A DNA stretch of 64,000 nucleotides from Coprothermobacterota bacterium (GTDB lineage: Bacteria > Coprothermobacterota > HKB111), in NCBI GenBank assembly GCA_037440465.1, contig JBBIUB010000001.1, positions 32,001 through 96,000 of the forward strand, read 5' to 3'. The notes under the pieces were generated by a model. That model made no database searches. It saw only the letters and a list, made by a program, of their open reading frames with translations, and was not told where the DNA came from. The translations under genes were made by a program, and so were the position numbers. Positions 48,717 through 58,339 of this stretch are shown here, in pieces (position 1 is the first letter of the stretch; every line of letters starts with the position of its first letter).

Positions 48717-49479
48717 TCTTTCTGAAAAAGTAGTTGTTATAACGGGTGTTTCTTCAGGTCTTGGGAAAGAACTATTGCGTGTTTTTCTTGAGAACAAGAC
48801 TAAAGTAGCAGGTATTGTAAGGAGAGAAGAAAGCTTAGCTATCCTATCAGAAGAATCCAGAGGGTACAAGATAAAACCTCTATTACTTCATGGTGACATT
48901 AGCAATCCTGGGAAGATTAAAAATATGGTTGAGAAAGTGGTAGATTACTTTGGAGGTATTAATATCCTTATCAATAACTCAGCAATTAATTTTCCGAGTC
49001 CGGCTATGAAATATACTATCCATGAATGGAAAGAGACATTGAATGTAAATCTCACTGCACCATTCTTACTTGCTCGCGAGTCATATGAATATATGAAAAA
49101 AAGAGGTGGTGGTTTAATTATTAATATTACCTCTGTAGAAGGAATTCTTCCTACAAATAATCCCCCTTCTATCGCTTATAGTGTTTCCAAAGCTGGATTA
49201 ATTCAACTTACTAGAGCTCTAGCAATAGAGTGGGGAAAAGATAATATAAGAGTTATTGCTGTAGCGCCAGGACCTTTCCCTTCTTTGATGACAGAAGAAT
49301 TTTTCAATGATGAACAATTTTCTCAACTAAAGGAAAATTGGCTTAAGAAAATACCTTTAGGAAGGACAACTACTACCTATGAGATAGCACAGTCTATTGT
49401 AGCCTTAGCCACTCCTGCCTTCAGTTATGCCACAGGAACAGTTTTCGTTCTTGATGGTGGATTAACGGCAGGATTGTAA
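48703..49479 (+). CDS. Short-chain dehydrogenase/reductase (classical SDR)
   Basis: TGVSSGLG, NNSA, YSVSK, APG and DGG motifs. Start set to ATG 48703. Confidence 0.9.
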   Translation: MDKLNLSEKVVVITGVSSGLGKELLRVFLENKTKVAGIVRREESLAILSEESRGYKIKPLLLHGDISNPGKIKNMVEKVVDYFGGINILINNSAINFPSPAMKYTIHEWKETLNVNLTAPFLLARESYEYMKKRGGGLIINITSVEGILPTNNPPSIAYSVSKAGLIQLTRALAIEWGKDNIRVIAVAPGPFPSLMTEEFFNDEQFSQLKENWLKKIPLGRTTTTYEIAQSIVALATPAFSYATGTVFVLDGGLTAGL

Positions 49480-49482
49480 ATT

Positions 49483-50742
49483 CTATCTTTTTATCTTATC
49501 TATTCCCATATATTTTCTTAGCACTTCCGGAATGAGAATACTCCCATCAGATTGCTGGTAATTTTCCATTATAGCGATGAGGGTTCTTTCTATGGCAACA
49601 GCTGTACCATTCAAGGTATGAACAAACTCAACTTTATTCTTTCCTTCTCTGTATCTAATATTAAGTCTTCTGGCTTGAAAATCTGTGCAGTTAGAAGTAG
49701 AATGAGTCTCACGATATCTCCCCTGACCTGGCAACCAGACTTCAATATCATACTTTTTCGCTACAGGAAAACCTAAGTCACCAGTACACATTAATACTAC
49801 CCGATAAGGGATCTCCAAACTCTGCATAATCTTCTCTTCTAATGAGAGAAGAAATTCATGCTCATTTATAGACTCCTCCTTCTTACAAAAACTGAACATC
49901 TCAACTTTATCAAATTGATGAACTCGAAAAATACCCTTTACATCTTTTCCGTAAGAACCTGCCTCTCTCCTAAAACAGGTCGAAAATCCAGCATATCTCA
50001 AAGGAAGTGTATTTCCATCAAGAATCTCGTCTTTAAGCATTGGTCCTATAGTCTGTTCTGAAGTAGCTGCTAATCTTAGTTCGTCTGAAGGTACCTTATA
50101 CATCTCCTGATCCATTTGAGGTAGATAACCCATACCTATAAAGATATCCTCCTTGGCTAGAACAGGGGGTATAAGTGGAATAAAACCTTCGCTTACAAGA
50201 ATTTCCATAGCATACATTATTAGAGCAAACTGAAGGAGAACAGACTCTCTTTTAAGATAATAAAAACGAGAACCAGAGATCCTGGAGGCCCTCTTAAGAT
50301 CAATTAAATCCAGGCTTTCTCCAAGTTGAATATGGTCTTTGACTTGAAAACTAAAATCGAATAGTTCTCCCCATTTTCTAAGAACAATATTTCCATTTTC
50401 ATCTTTCCCTTCTGGCACATCATCTTGAGGTAAGTTAGGAAGCTCCATAAGAAGTTTATTAAGAATTTCATCAACTTCTTTTAAGTCAACCTCAATCTTT
50501 CTTACAGTGTCAGAAAGCTCTCTTGCCTTTAATATGCTTTTTTCTTTATCTTCTCCCTTTAGAGTAGCGATTTCCTGAGATACTTTCTTCAGATCAGCTC
50601 TTAAAATCTCCAGTTCTGCTACAATCTTTCTTCTATCTTTATCTTTATTAAGAATCATGTCTAAATCAATAAATAATTGCTTCTTCCTGATCCCTTCCTT
50701 TACTTTTCCTGCATTTTCTCTGATATATTTAAGGTCAAGCAT
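49483..50742 (-). CDS. serS: Serine--tRNA ligase
   Basis: MLDLKYIR, GSRFY, CFRREAGSYG, RVHQFDKVE, SNCTDFQARRL and LNGTA motifs. Confidence 0.98.
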   Translation of the reverse strand: MLDLKYIRENAGKVKEGIRKKQLFIDLDMILNKDKDRRKIVAELEILRADLKKVSQEIATLKGEDKEKSILKARELSDTVRKIEVDLKEVDEILNKLLMELPNLPQDDVPEGKDENGNIVLRKWGELFDFSFQVKDHIQLGESLDLIDLKRASRISGSRFYYLKRESVLLQFALIMYAMEILVSEGFIPLIPPVLAKEDIFIGMGYLPQMDQEMYKVPSDELRLAATSEQTIGPMLKDEILDGNTLPLRYAGFSTCFRREAGSYGKDVKGIFRVHQFDKVEMFSFCKKEESINEHEFLLSLEEKIMQSLEIPYRVVLMCTGDLGFPVAKKYDIEVWLPGQGRYRETHSTSNCTDFQARRLNIRYREGKNKVEFVHTLNGTAVAIERTLIAIMENYQQSDGSILIPEVLRKYMGIDKIKR

Positions 50743-50967
50743 AAATCCTCCTTAATACTACACACTATTTTCATAATATCTACTTTTTATTTTATATCAT
50801 CTATAGAGATAATGTTCAGATTTGACCAAGATATGATTTATAAAAGAGTAACACTAATAATAATAATAGAGTTATAATTATTAATGTCTTGACTGTACTC
50901 AAGCAGAAATCTAAAAAAAAAGTGTTTAACTAAAGCTACCTAAAAAAGTATTAAGGAGGTAAATATT

Positions 50968-51840
50968 ATGATTTTGATTGGAGAGAACATCCATATCCTG
51001 TCAAAGGCTGTATCAGATGCCATAAAAGAAAAGAATACCAAGTATTTGCAGGATTTGGCTGTTAAACAGGCAGAAGCAGGTGTAGATTACATTGACTTAA
51101 ATATTGGGCCAGCTCGAAAAGATCCTGAAATAATGCTCTGGATTGTAGAATCTATTCAAGAGGTTGTAAACCTGCCATTATCCCTGGATACTACTAACCC
51201 TAAAGCCATGGAAGCAGGACTTTCAGTATGTAAAATTAAGCCATTGATTAACTCTGCTTCAGGTAAGGAAGAAAGTAAATTGGAAATGCTTCCTTTAGCC
51301 CAAAAGTACAACTGTGATGTTATAGTATCTGTATTGACAGATAGAGGAATACCCACTGATGCTACCTCCAGAGCTGAGGCTATTATGGAAACAGTAGCTT
51401 ATGCTAATGAGCTTGGTATTCCAAATGAAAACATCTGGGTAGACCCCATAATGATGCCTATCTCAGTAGACCAGCAGCAAGTAGTAGAACTAATAGAGTT
51501 CATGCAGATGTTACCTGAAATTGCACCTGGGATAAAATCTTCTATTGGTCTATCAAATCTATCTAATGGTACGCCACATCATTTAAGGGCAATCCTTAAT
51601 AGGATTGAGCTTATAATTCTTCAGAGATACGGTCTCTACTCTTCTATCGTGGACAGTTTTGACCATGAGCTGGTTGATTTAATGAAAGGTAGGTTACCTA
51701 AAATAGTTGACATTATCTACAAAACTATGGATGACGAAATAGACCTTTCCAGTCTCAGTATAAATGAATTAAATATAGCAAAAACAGTCAATGTTCTGAT
51801 GGGAAAGACTCTATATTCCCACTCCTGGCTGGAAATCTAA
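50968..51840 (+). CDS. acsE: Methyltetrahydrofolate:corrinoid methyltransferase (AcsE-like, pterin-binding)
   Basis: IGENI, DLNIG, LSLDT, LINS, DP and GLSNLS motifs; next to acsD. Confidence 0.78.
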   Translation: MILIGENIHILSKAVSDAIKEKNTKYLQDLAVKQAEAGVDYIDLNIGPARKDPEIMLWIVESIQEVVNLPLSLDTTNPKAMEAGLSVCKIKPLINSASGKEESKLEMLPLAQKYNCDVIVSVLTDRGIPTDATSRAEAIMETVAYANELGIPNENIWVDPIMMPISVDQQQVVELIEFMQMLPEIAPGIKSSIGLSNLSNGTPHHLRAILNRIELIILQRYGLYSSIVDSFDHELVDLMKGRLPKIVDIIYKTMDDEIDLSSLSINELNIAKTVNVLMGKTLYSHSWLEI

Positions 51841-51863
51841 TCGAAAGGTAGGTATTAAAAAAG

Positions 51864-52751
51864 GTGAAAGAATTCTTAGAATCCTATAAAGGAGAAATAA
51901 AAGAAGTCGTCCTGGGGAAAGAAGGTAAATCACTGATTATAGGTGGAGAAAATACCCTTCCATTTCACACTTTTGAGGGTAAAATGCCCCATCTACCTGT
52001 CCTGGCTTTAGAAGTATGGGACAAAGAACCAGAAAATTGGCCAGAACATCTCTTGAGCAATTTCTCTGATGTAATTTCCTCACCCTTAAAATGGGCTAAA
52101 AAGTGTGTGGATGTATTCAAAGCCGATCTGGTATCCTTATACCTTGCTTCCACAGATTCAGATGAGTTCGACTCTACAAAGGTAGCATTAATGGTAAAAG
52201 AGATAGCTGAATCTCTTCCTGTACCTTTAACTGTTCAGGGTATCGGAGATAAAGATAAAGATGTTATTGTGCTAAAAGAAGTTGCCAAAGTGTGCGCTGG
52301 CGAAAGCTTGCTTTTAGGTCCAGTTGTTAAGGAAAACTACGAAGAAATAGGCAAAGCAGCTCTGGAATTTGGACACTCTATAATTGTCCAGAGCCCTCTT
52401 GACATAAACCTGGCTAAAGAACTAAATGTAAAATTAAGTAAATTCTTCCCCAGAGATAAAATAGTTATAGACCCACTATCTTCTGCCCTTGGTTATGGAC
52501 TTGATTACACTTTCTCAATAATGGAAAGGATAAAACAGGTAGCAGTTATACATGGAGATGACCTTATGAAAATGCCCATGATTGCCAGTATTGGACGCGA
52601 ATGCTGGAAAACTAAGGAAGCTAAAGAGAGTAAGGAACAGGGAGTTCTCTGGGAAGCCATCACCGGGTTAACCTTTACACTTGCAGGCTCAAATCTGGTG
52701 GTTATGAACCACCCCGAAAGTTTAAATTTAATAAGAAAATTAATAAAGTAG
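51864..52751 (+). CDS. acsD: Corrinoid iron-sulfur protein small subunit (AcsD/CdhD)
   Basis: GGENTLPF..FEG, SPLDINLAKELN, IDP...LGYGLDY.FS.MER and HP motifs. Confidence 0.88.
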   Translation: MKEFLESYKGEIKEVVLGKEGKSLIIGGENTLPFHTFEGKMPHLPVLALEVWDKEPENWPEHLLSNFSDVISSPLKWAKKCVDVFKADLVSLYLASTDSDEFDSTKVALMVKEIAESLPVPLTVQGIGDKDKDVIVLKEVAKVCAGESLLLGPVVKENYEEIGKAALEFGHSIIVQSPLDINLAKELNVKLSKFFPRDKIVIDPLSSALGYGLDYTFSIMERIKQVAVIHGDDLMKMPMIASIGRECWKTKEAKESKEQGVLWEAITGLTFTLAGSNLVVMNHPESLNLIRKLIK

Positions 52752-52850
52752 AAAAACACATTATTAATAAAAATAGTAAAAGTAAGCGGATAATACTGCC
52801 TAAACAGATAATTCTCACGGAGAGGAAGGGTAGTTTCGGAGGTATCAGAG

Positions 52851-55040
52851 ATGAAAGTTAAGGACCTTGTATTATATGGTGTTTCCGAAGAATATATTAA
52901 TACCCTCCTCTCCTTTAATTTGACAGAACTCTACCCTCCTCAAGAAGAAGCCATCAAAAAAGGTATCCTTTGTAATAATACTTCTTTTGTAATTTCTTCA
53001 CCCACAGCTTCTGGAAAGACTTTCATAGCAGAGATGACAATATTGAAAACGCTTTTGGAAAAAACAGGTAAAGTAATCTATTTAGTTCCTTTAAAAGCTT
53101 TGGCAAATGAAAAGTTTGAGGAATTCTCCAGCAGATATAAACCCCTCGGATTTAGAGTTAGCCAGAGTACAGGTGATTACGATAGTCTGGACCCATGGCT
53201 TGAAAAAAGTGATATTATTATTTCCACTAACGAGAAGATGGATTCTCTAATCCGCCATCGCGTCTCCTGGCTAATGGACGTAAGCCTGGTTATAGCAGAT
53301 GAAGTCCATCTTATGGGTGATCCAAATAGAGGACCAACTCTTGAGATAGTTCTGGTTCGTTTAAAATCCCTCAATCCGAGAATACGTCTAATCACTTTAA
53401 GCGCTACCGTACCAAATGCTATAGAAATAGCAAACTGGCTCAAAGCAACCCTGGTAGAATCCACCTGGCGACCTGTTCCCCTAAAGGAAGGGGTGTATTT
53501 CGGTGGAACCATTGTCTTCAAAGATGGAAGTATGCGTTGGGTTAATGAAAAAACAAAAGTAGACATGGTAAATCTTGCTATAGATACAATAGAGGAAGAT
53601 GGGCAGGTACTTATTTTTGTTAATACCAGAAAATCTACAGAAGCAACAGCTCACAAGGTTTCAATAGAGGTTGGCAACAGGTTATCTGAAGAAGATAAAA
53701 CCCTTCTTACTGATACCTCGCAGGAAATATTAAACACGCTGTCTGAACCTACCAGAGTATGTAAGAAATTATCTGAATATGTAGCATATGGAGCAGCTTT
53801 TCACCATGCTGGTCTTCATTACAAGCAAAGAAAATTAATTGAAAATAATTTCAAGGATAACAAAATTAAAACTTTAACTTCCACTACTACATTAGCCATG
53901 GGTTTAAACCTCCCCTCAAGAAGAGTAATAATCAGAGACTGGAGAAGATATGAATCAGGTTACGGTATGCGACCTATTCCTGTGATGGAAATAAAACAAA
54001 TGTCAGGAAGAGCTGGCAGACCAAAATATGATGATTATGGTGAGGCAATAATAATAGCTAAAGATAAGAGAGAAGAAAAGTTTATTTTTGAAAATTATAT
54101 AATGGGCAAGCCAGAGTGTATTGATTCACAGTTAGGAAGCGAATCTGTGCTTAGAACTCATGTTCTTGCCTCCATAGCAGGTCTCTTTGCTATGAGCGAA
54201 GGAGACCTTTTCAATTTCATGGGGCAAACCTTCTTTGCCTTCCAAAGAAGACCAGAATCTCTTCATCACATATTGCGTGACATCCTGTTCTTTCTGGAAA
54301 GGGAAGGTATGATTGAAAAAGTAAAGAGTTCTACTAAAAACAAATTAAATTCAAAAATCCGGGCAACCCGATTCGGTGAAAGAGTATCACAATTATATAT
54401 TGACCCTCTATCAGCTGCCGTTCTTAGAGATACTCTTATCCTTGCAGAAGAAAAAAATATCATGACCCCTTTCTCTTTTTTCTACCTCCTCTCTACCCTT
54501 CCAGATATGATGGTCCTGACTTTGAAAAAGAAAGATTTAAGGGAAATGCAACTACTCTTCAAAAAACACAGAGATGAACTACTAACTTCTAATGACTATC
54601 CAACCGATGATACTTTAGCTCAAATTAAAACTGCTACTGCTCTGATGAGTTGGATAGATGAAAATTCGGAGGACTTAATAACCGGTAGATTTGAAATTGG
54701 TCCAGGAGACCTGTATACCATGGTAGAGCGATCGGACTGGCTTTTGTATTCTTCAAGTGAAATAAGCAAAATTTTCAACCTAAAAGAAGCACATAAAGAG
54801 CTTACAAGGTTAAGAAAAAGGGTAGCTTATGGTATTAAAGAAGAACTTCTCCCTCTCGTAAACCTTGATGGAGTTGGTAGAGTTCGTGGAAGAAACCTTT
54901 ATCAAGCAGGGTATAAGTCCCTGAAAGATTTAATGCAAGCAAGGGTTGAAGATATATCCAGAGTTCCTGCAGTTGGTAAAGCTCTGGCTGAAAGCATTAA
55001 AAAACAGGTATCTCCTGATAATAGCTTTGCCCCTCTCTGA
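52851..55040 (+). CDS. hel308: Ski2-like SF2 DNA helicase, archaeal Hel308/Hjm type
   Basis: LYPPQ, PTASGKT, DEVH..RGPTLE, LSAT, WRPVPL, HHAGL, TLAMGLNLP, QMSGRAGRP, LYIDP, GPGD and C-terminal HhH (GVGRVRGR) motifs. Confidence 0.85.
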   Translation: MKVKDLVLYGVSEEYINTLLSFNLTELYPPQEEAIKKGILCNNTSFVISSPTASGKTFIAEMTILKTLLEKTGKVIYLVPLKALANEKFEEFSSRYKPLGFRVSQSTGDYDSLDPWLEKSDIIISTNEKMDSLIRHRVSWLMDVSLVIADEVHLMGDPNRGPTLEIVLVRLKSLNPRIRLITLSATVPNAIEIANWLKATLVESTWRPVPLKEGVYFGGTIVFKDGSMRWVNEKTKVDMVNLAIDTIEEDGQVLIFVNTRKSTEATAHKVSIEVGNRLSEEDKTLLTDTSQEILNTLSEPTRVCKKLSEYVAYGAAFHHAGLHYKQRKLIENNFKDNKIKTLTSTTTLAMGLNLPSRRVIIRDWRRYESGYGMRPIPVMEIKQMSGRAGRPKYDDYGEAIIIAKDKREEKFIFENYIMGKPECIDSQLGSESVLRTHVLASIAGLFAMSEGDLFNFMGQTFFAFQRRPESLHHILRDILFFLEREGMIEKVKSSTKNKLNSKIRATRFGERVSQLYIDPLSAAVLRDTLILAEEKNIMTPFSFFYLLSTLPDMMVLTLKKKDLREMQLLFKKHRDELLTSNDYPTDDTLAQIKTATALMSWIDENSEDLITGRFEIGPGDLYTMVERSDWLLYSSSEISKIFNLKEAHKELTRLRKRVAYGIKEELLPLVNLDGVGRVRGRNLYQAGYKSLKDLMQARVEDISRVPAVGKALAESIKKQVSPDNSFAPL

Positions 55041-55084
55041 TTATTTCCCTCAGCTCCAAGGTGTTCCTTTATATTATAAAATTC

Positions 55085-55653
55085 TAACTCTGGTTATTTA
55101 CCTTGTGCTGCAAAATACAACTGTAAGAATAAGCGTTCAAATGCTTGAAAATCTATTTGATAGATTTGGGGAGAAAGTAAAGTTTGATGGGAGAATTCTT
55201 TCAACCCTTTGAGAACCAAAAGATATGGAAAAATCTACAGAACAAGAAATAAGAAACTTGAAAGTTGGGTATAGGGCAAAGTTCTTTAGGAAAATTACAG
55301 AGCAGTTTGTTAATAAAGAAATTAACGAATTCACTTTAAGAAAAATGCCTAAAGAAGAAGTCAAAAAAGAGATGTTAAAACTCTATGGGATTGGCCCTGC
55401 TTCTGTTGAATATTTGCTTTTTGAACATTTTTACTTTCTCGATGGTTTAGAAACAATCCCACCCTGGGAACAAAAAATAATGTCAATCTTGATATTTAAT
55501 TAAAAATTAGCCACTGCAAAAGAAATTTTGGAATTTTTTGAAAAGAGGTATCTTGGGTGGGAGAAATTAGCATTTCATTATATTTGGGAGGATATCTACT
55601 GGAAAAGAAAACACCAACATATTGAATGGTTGGAAAAAGAGATAAGATTATAA
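55085..55653 (+). pseudogene. 5'-truncated HhH-GPD DNA glycosylase (AlkA/Ogg-like) with two in-frame stops
   Basis: One frame reads LQNTTVR.SVQML..LF...*EP..LKVGYRAK..LYGIGPASV...PWEQKI..*...HYIWED...LEKEIRL*. Internal stops are TGA 55210-55212 and TAA 55501-55503. Confidence 0.8.
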
Positions 55654-55675
55654 CCATACCGTATAAAGTGTGCGA

Positions 55676-55759
55676 GCAACTTCATATAACAGCGTGTTTC
55701 GACGCTTTGCTAAATCCCTCTGGCACTTCGCAAAGCCCATGAAAGTTGTGCGAAATTGC
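55676..55759 (+). mobile_element. attC-like integron cassette recombination site (solitary)
   Basis: Lies 22 nt after the glycosylase stop. GCAACTTCATATAAC ... GTTGTGCGAAATTGC is an imperfect inverted repeat with AAC/GTT cores and an inner GCTTTGC/GCAAAGC stem. Confidence 0.6.
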
Positions 55760-55856
55760 GGGTGAGAAGACTGAAGGCGATAAAAACAAGATTTGTATAA
55801 ATGAGGAAGGAAAGAGATATTCTATACAGCGCACTCAACTATATAGTGAACTTGTT

Positions 55857-56276
55857 TTAAAACAACCCCAGTTGGCAGTTTATAATCTTTATACCAGAAG
55901 AATTAAAAGCTTTTACAGCCTCAAATAAGAGTCCCTTATATTGAGGAAGGAGCTTCCATAAGAAAGAACATCTCACTTCTCTGCCCTGAGAGGTGAGGAT
56001 TAGCTGGACCAAGGATTCAGCTTGAGGAGTTAAGGAAAGAGAAGCAGTCTTGTTCTGATGGGCGAAACAATCCCAGAAACAACTGGTAATCTTAATACCT
56101 AATCTATCCAGCTCCCTACCTATAAGAAACGTGTCGACCTCCCACAGAGAAGAGGAATTTAGATAAAGTGTACAGGGCCTATCCTTCCTATTAGAAGAAA
56201 GTTCTATTAAAGCCCCATCTAATGTGAGACTGCCATCTCCTAAAGCCTTTTTTAACAGTTCCAAATTACTACCCAC
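55857..56276 (-). CDS. Hypothetical protein, last gene of the AOR operon
   Basis: 139-aa ORF overlapping the MoaD stop; the C-terminus is loosely ACT-like. Confidence 0.5.
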   Translation of the reverse strand: MGSNLELLKKALGDGSLTLDGALIELSSNRKDRPCTLYLNSSSLWEVDTFLIGRELDRLGIKITSCFWDCFAHQNKTASLSLTPQAESLVQLILTSQGREVRCSFLWKLLPQYKGLLFEAVKAFNSSGIKIINCQLGLF

Positions 56277-56520
56277 CTGCCACCACAGGGATGAGCTTAA
56301 TCTCTCCTTCTCCCAGAATATCTCCAGGACTGGAAAAGTTACAAACCTTATTTCCTATGATAAGCCTTAGGTTTGCCTCTCTGCTTAAATCAAAGCCATA
56401 GTTGTTTTTAACCCAGGTAAAAAGTTCTTGCAGAGTACTAATATCTTCATCTACTAAAGCTTCAAAAACACCACATAATAAAGCATATCTACCGTAGAAT
56501 TTAATCTTACAGCGAGGCAA
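56269..56520 (-). CDS. MoaD/ThiS family sulfur carrier
   Basis: 83 aa with N-terminal IKFYG and C-terminal IPVVAGG; follows AOR. Confidence 0.85.
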   Translation of the reverse strand: MPRCKIKFYGRYALLCGVFEALVDEDISTLQELFTWVKNNYGFDLSREANLRLIIGNKVCNFSSPGDILGEGEIKLIPVVAGG

Positions 56521-58339
56521 GTCCCAACCTCCTTAAGGTCTCTGGAGTTGGCACACCATTTTCATCCCAACCATGAGCCTTATAGTACTCATCAAGCATT
56601 ACTTTAAGGTGAACTGTGGAGCCGGAAGCCGGTCCCTCATTTAAAGGTTCCTCTATAAATCTCCGAGGCAGTTGATCATCTTCTTGAGGGTTCATTCCTC
56701 TTTTAAGGTTGAAAAGCCTCTCCAGGTTAAAAGCTCTCTCTGCAATAAAGAAAAGTTCAGACTCAGCAACCTCTTCTCCTGTAGTATAAGAGATAAGTTC
56801 AGCTATATCCCTGAGAAGTAGAGCATAGGTGGCAAAGGTAGTGTATTTACACACCGAGGCTGAATCAGCTATTACGGAAAAATACTCATGCCACAGAACC
56901 ATGGGGACTTTGCCCTTCTCGGTATAGGGATCCACACATTCTTCATTCCCGAACCACTCCATTCCTTTCCGGGGTTCCATTGATAAAAGTTCAAAGTTAG
57001 GTAAGGCTGTGAGATGGTCTCCCCCTCTGTTAGCTGTCGCTTCAGATAGAGCGAATCCTTTGCCTGTCCTTACATCAAAAGCTGGTAGTTCAAGGCCCTT
57101 AACTTCCAGTGCAAATGAGTCTGAAAATGGAATCTTTTCCTTCATCCTCCTAACTCCATCAGCAAGAAAATCGCCTAAACCTTCTCTGAAGGCGGTCTTC
57201 CTCAGTAGCTCTATAACAAGATCTCCGTCACCCCAGGGTAGTTTTTCTTCTATTAGGCCATTCTGTGAGGCTTCCATCAAAAAGGCGATAGAGGTACCTG
57301 CGGAAATGGTATCCAGACCTAAATCATTACAAAGATAGTTAGCATAGATGATCTTCTCTAAATCTCTGACCCCCACCCTTGAACCCAGGCAAACGAGTGT
57401 CTCATACTCCGGTCCACCTCCTTCCATTGCGTAAAGAGGATTTTCAACTTTTACATAATTCTTACAGTTTAGAGGACAGACCCAGCAGGCTTTTTTGTTT
57501 TTATAGTGTTTTAAATGGAGACTGACTGAGGAGATATTCTCAAAACCATCAAAGACACCCTTCTGGGCATTATAGGAAGACAAACCACCTGAAGCCTGAG
57601 CAATATCCACCAACATAGAAGTTCCGAAACGAGAAAAATCTGGATAGGTCCTGTCTGACTTAATTTTCTGGTGAGCTTCCACAACTTTCTTGAAAAAAGA
57701 GCGAGGGTTCCTTATCCTAATATCCTGACTCCCTTTAACTACAATAGCTTTAAGTCCTTTACTGCCAAATACTGCCCCCAATCCTGTTCTTCCTGCTGCA
57801 TCCCATTCACCATTTAATACACAGGCATATAGCACACTGTTCTCTCCTGCTGGTCCTATTCCTAATATTTTTACTCCCTCACCATGAGTCTCTTTGATAA
57901 TTCTATTTGTTTCTAGCAACCCTTTACCCCACAGATATCTCGCTGATAAGAGTTTAACTGAATCATCTTCAATATAAAGATAGACAGGGTCGGAAGATAT
58001 TCCTCTGATAATCAAAACATCATATCCTGCCCGTTTGAACTCGGGACCAAAGTGACCACCGGAGTTGCTGTAGCCTATTAGTCCTGTTAAAGGAGAGATG
58101 GATTCTATTGTACACCTCCCACTGGCAGGAGCCAGAGTCCCGGTCAATGGGCCTGTGGATATGATTAAAAGATTATCTTTGCTAAAGGGAGAAACAAAAG
58201 GTGGAAGAAAATCATTTAGGATCTTAACACCTAAAGCTCTTCCCCCTAAATAGTCTTTCCTCCAGTCAGTTGGCAGAGAAGTGGCTTTTATCTCTTTACT
58301 CCCTAAATCCACCCAGAGAACTTTGCCTTGATAGGACAT
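56507..58339 (-). CDS. Tungsten-dependent aldehyde oxidoreductase (AOR/WOR family) catalytic subunit
   Basis: GPLTGT, SPLTG, IGPAGEN, AGRTGLGAVFGSKGLKAI, CWVCPLNC, PEYET, LGLDTIS, RGGDHL, DS..VC and D.LP.RF motifs. Confidence 0.95.
   Translation of the reverse strand: MSYQGKVLWVDLGSKEIKATSLPTDWRKDYLGGRALGVKILNDFLPPFVSPFSKDNLLIISTGPLTGTLAPASGRCTIESISPLTGLIGYSNSGGHFGPEFKRAGYDVLIIRGISSDPVYLYIEDDSVKLLSARYLWGKGLLETNRIIKETHGEGVKILGIGPAGENSVLYACVLNGEWDAAGRTGLGAVFGSKGLKAIVVKGSQDIRIRNPRSFFKKVVEAHQKIKSDRTYPDFSRFGTSMLVDIAQASGGLSSYNAQKGVFDGFENISSVSLHLKHYKNKKACWVCPLNCKNYVKVENPLYAMEGGGPEYETLVCLGSRVGVRDLEKIIYANYLCNDLGLDTISAGTSIAFLMEASQNGLIEEKLPWGDGDLVIELLRKTAFREGLGDFLADGVRRMKEKIPFSDSFALEVKGLELPAFDVRTGKGFALSEATANRGGDHLTALPNFELLSMEPRKGMEWFGNEECVDPYTEKGKVPMVLWHEYFSVIADSASVCKYTTFATYALLLRDIAELISYTTGEEVAESELFFIAERAFNLERLFNLKRGMNPQEDDQLPRRFIEEPLNEGPASGSTVHLKVMLDEYYKAHGWDENGVPTPETLRRLGLASL

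Noticed and set aside
50743..50967. T-box leader for serS or cobalamin riboswitch for acsE
   Set aside because: The region is very AT-rich, with no T-box consensus, terminator/antiterminator or B12-box visible.
55210..55212. Selenocysteine or recoded TGA in the glycosylase frame
   Set aside because: The same frame also has an internal TAA and lacks its 5' end, and TGA ends intact genes elsewhere (e.g. 28484, 55040). Decay is the simpler explanation.
55746..55928. 60-aa ORF after the attC-like site
   Set aside because: It starts inside the attC-like arm, has no RBS and overlaps the convergent ORF; at most a remnant.
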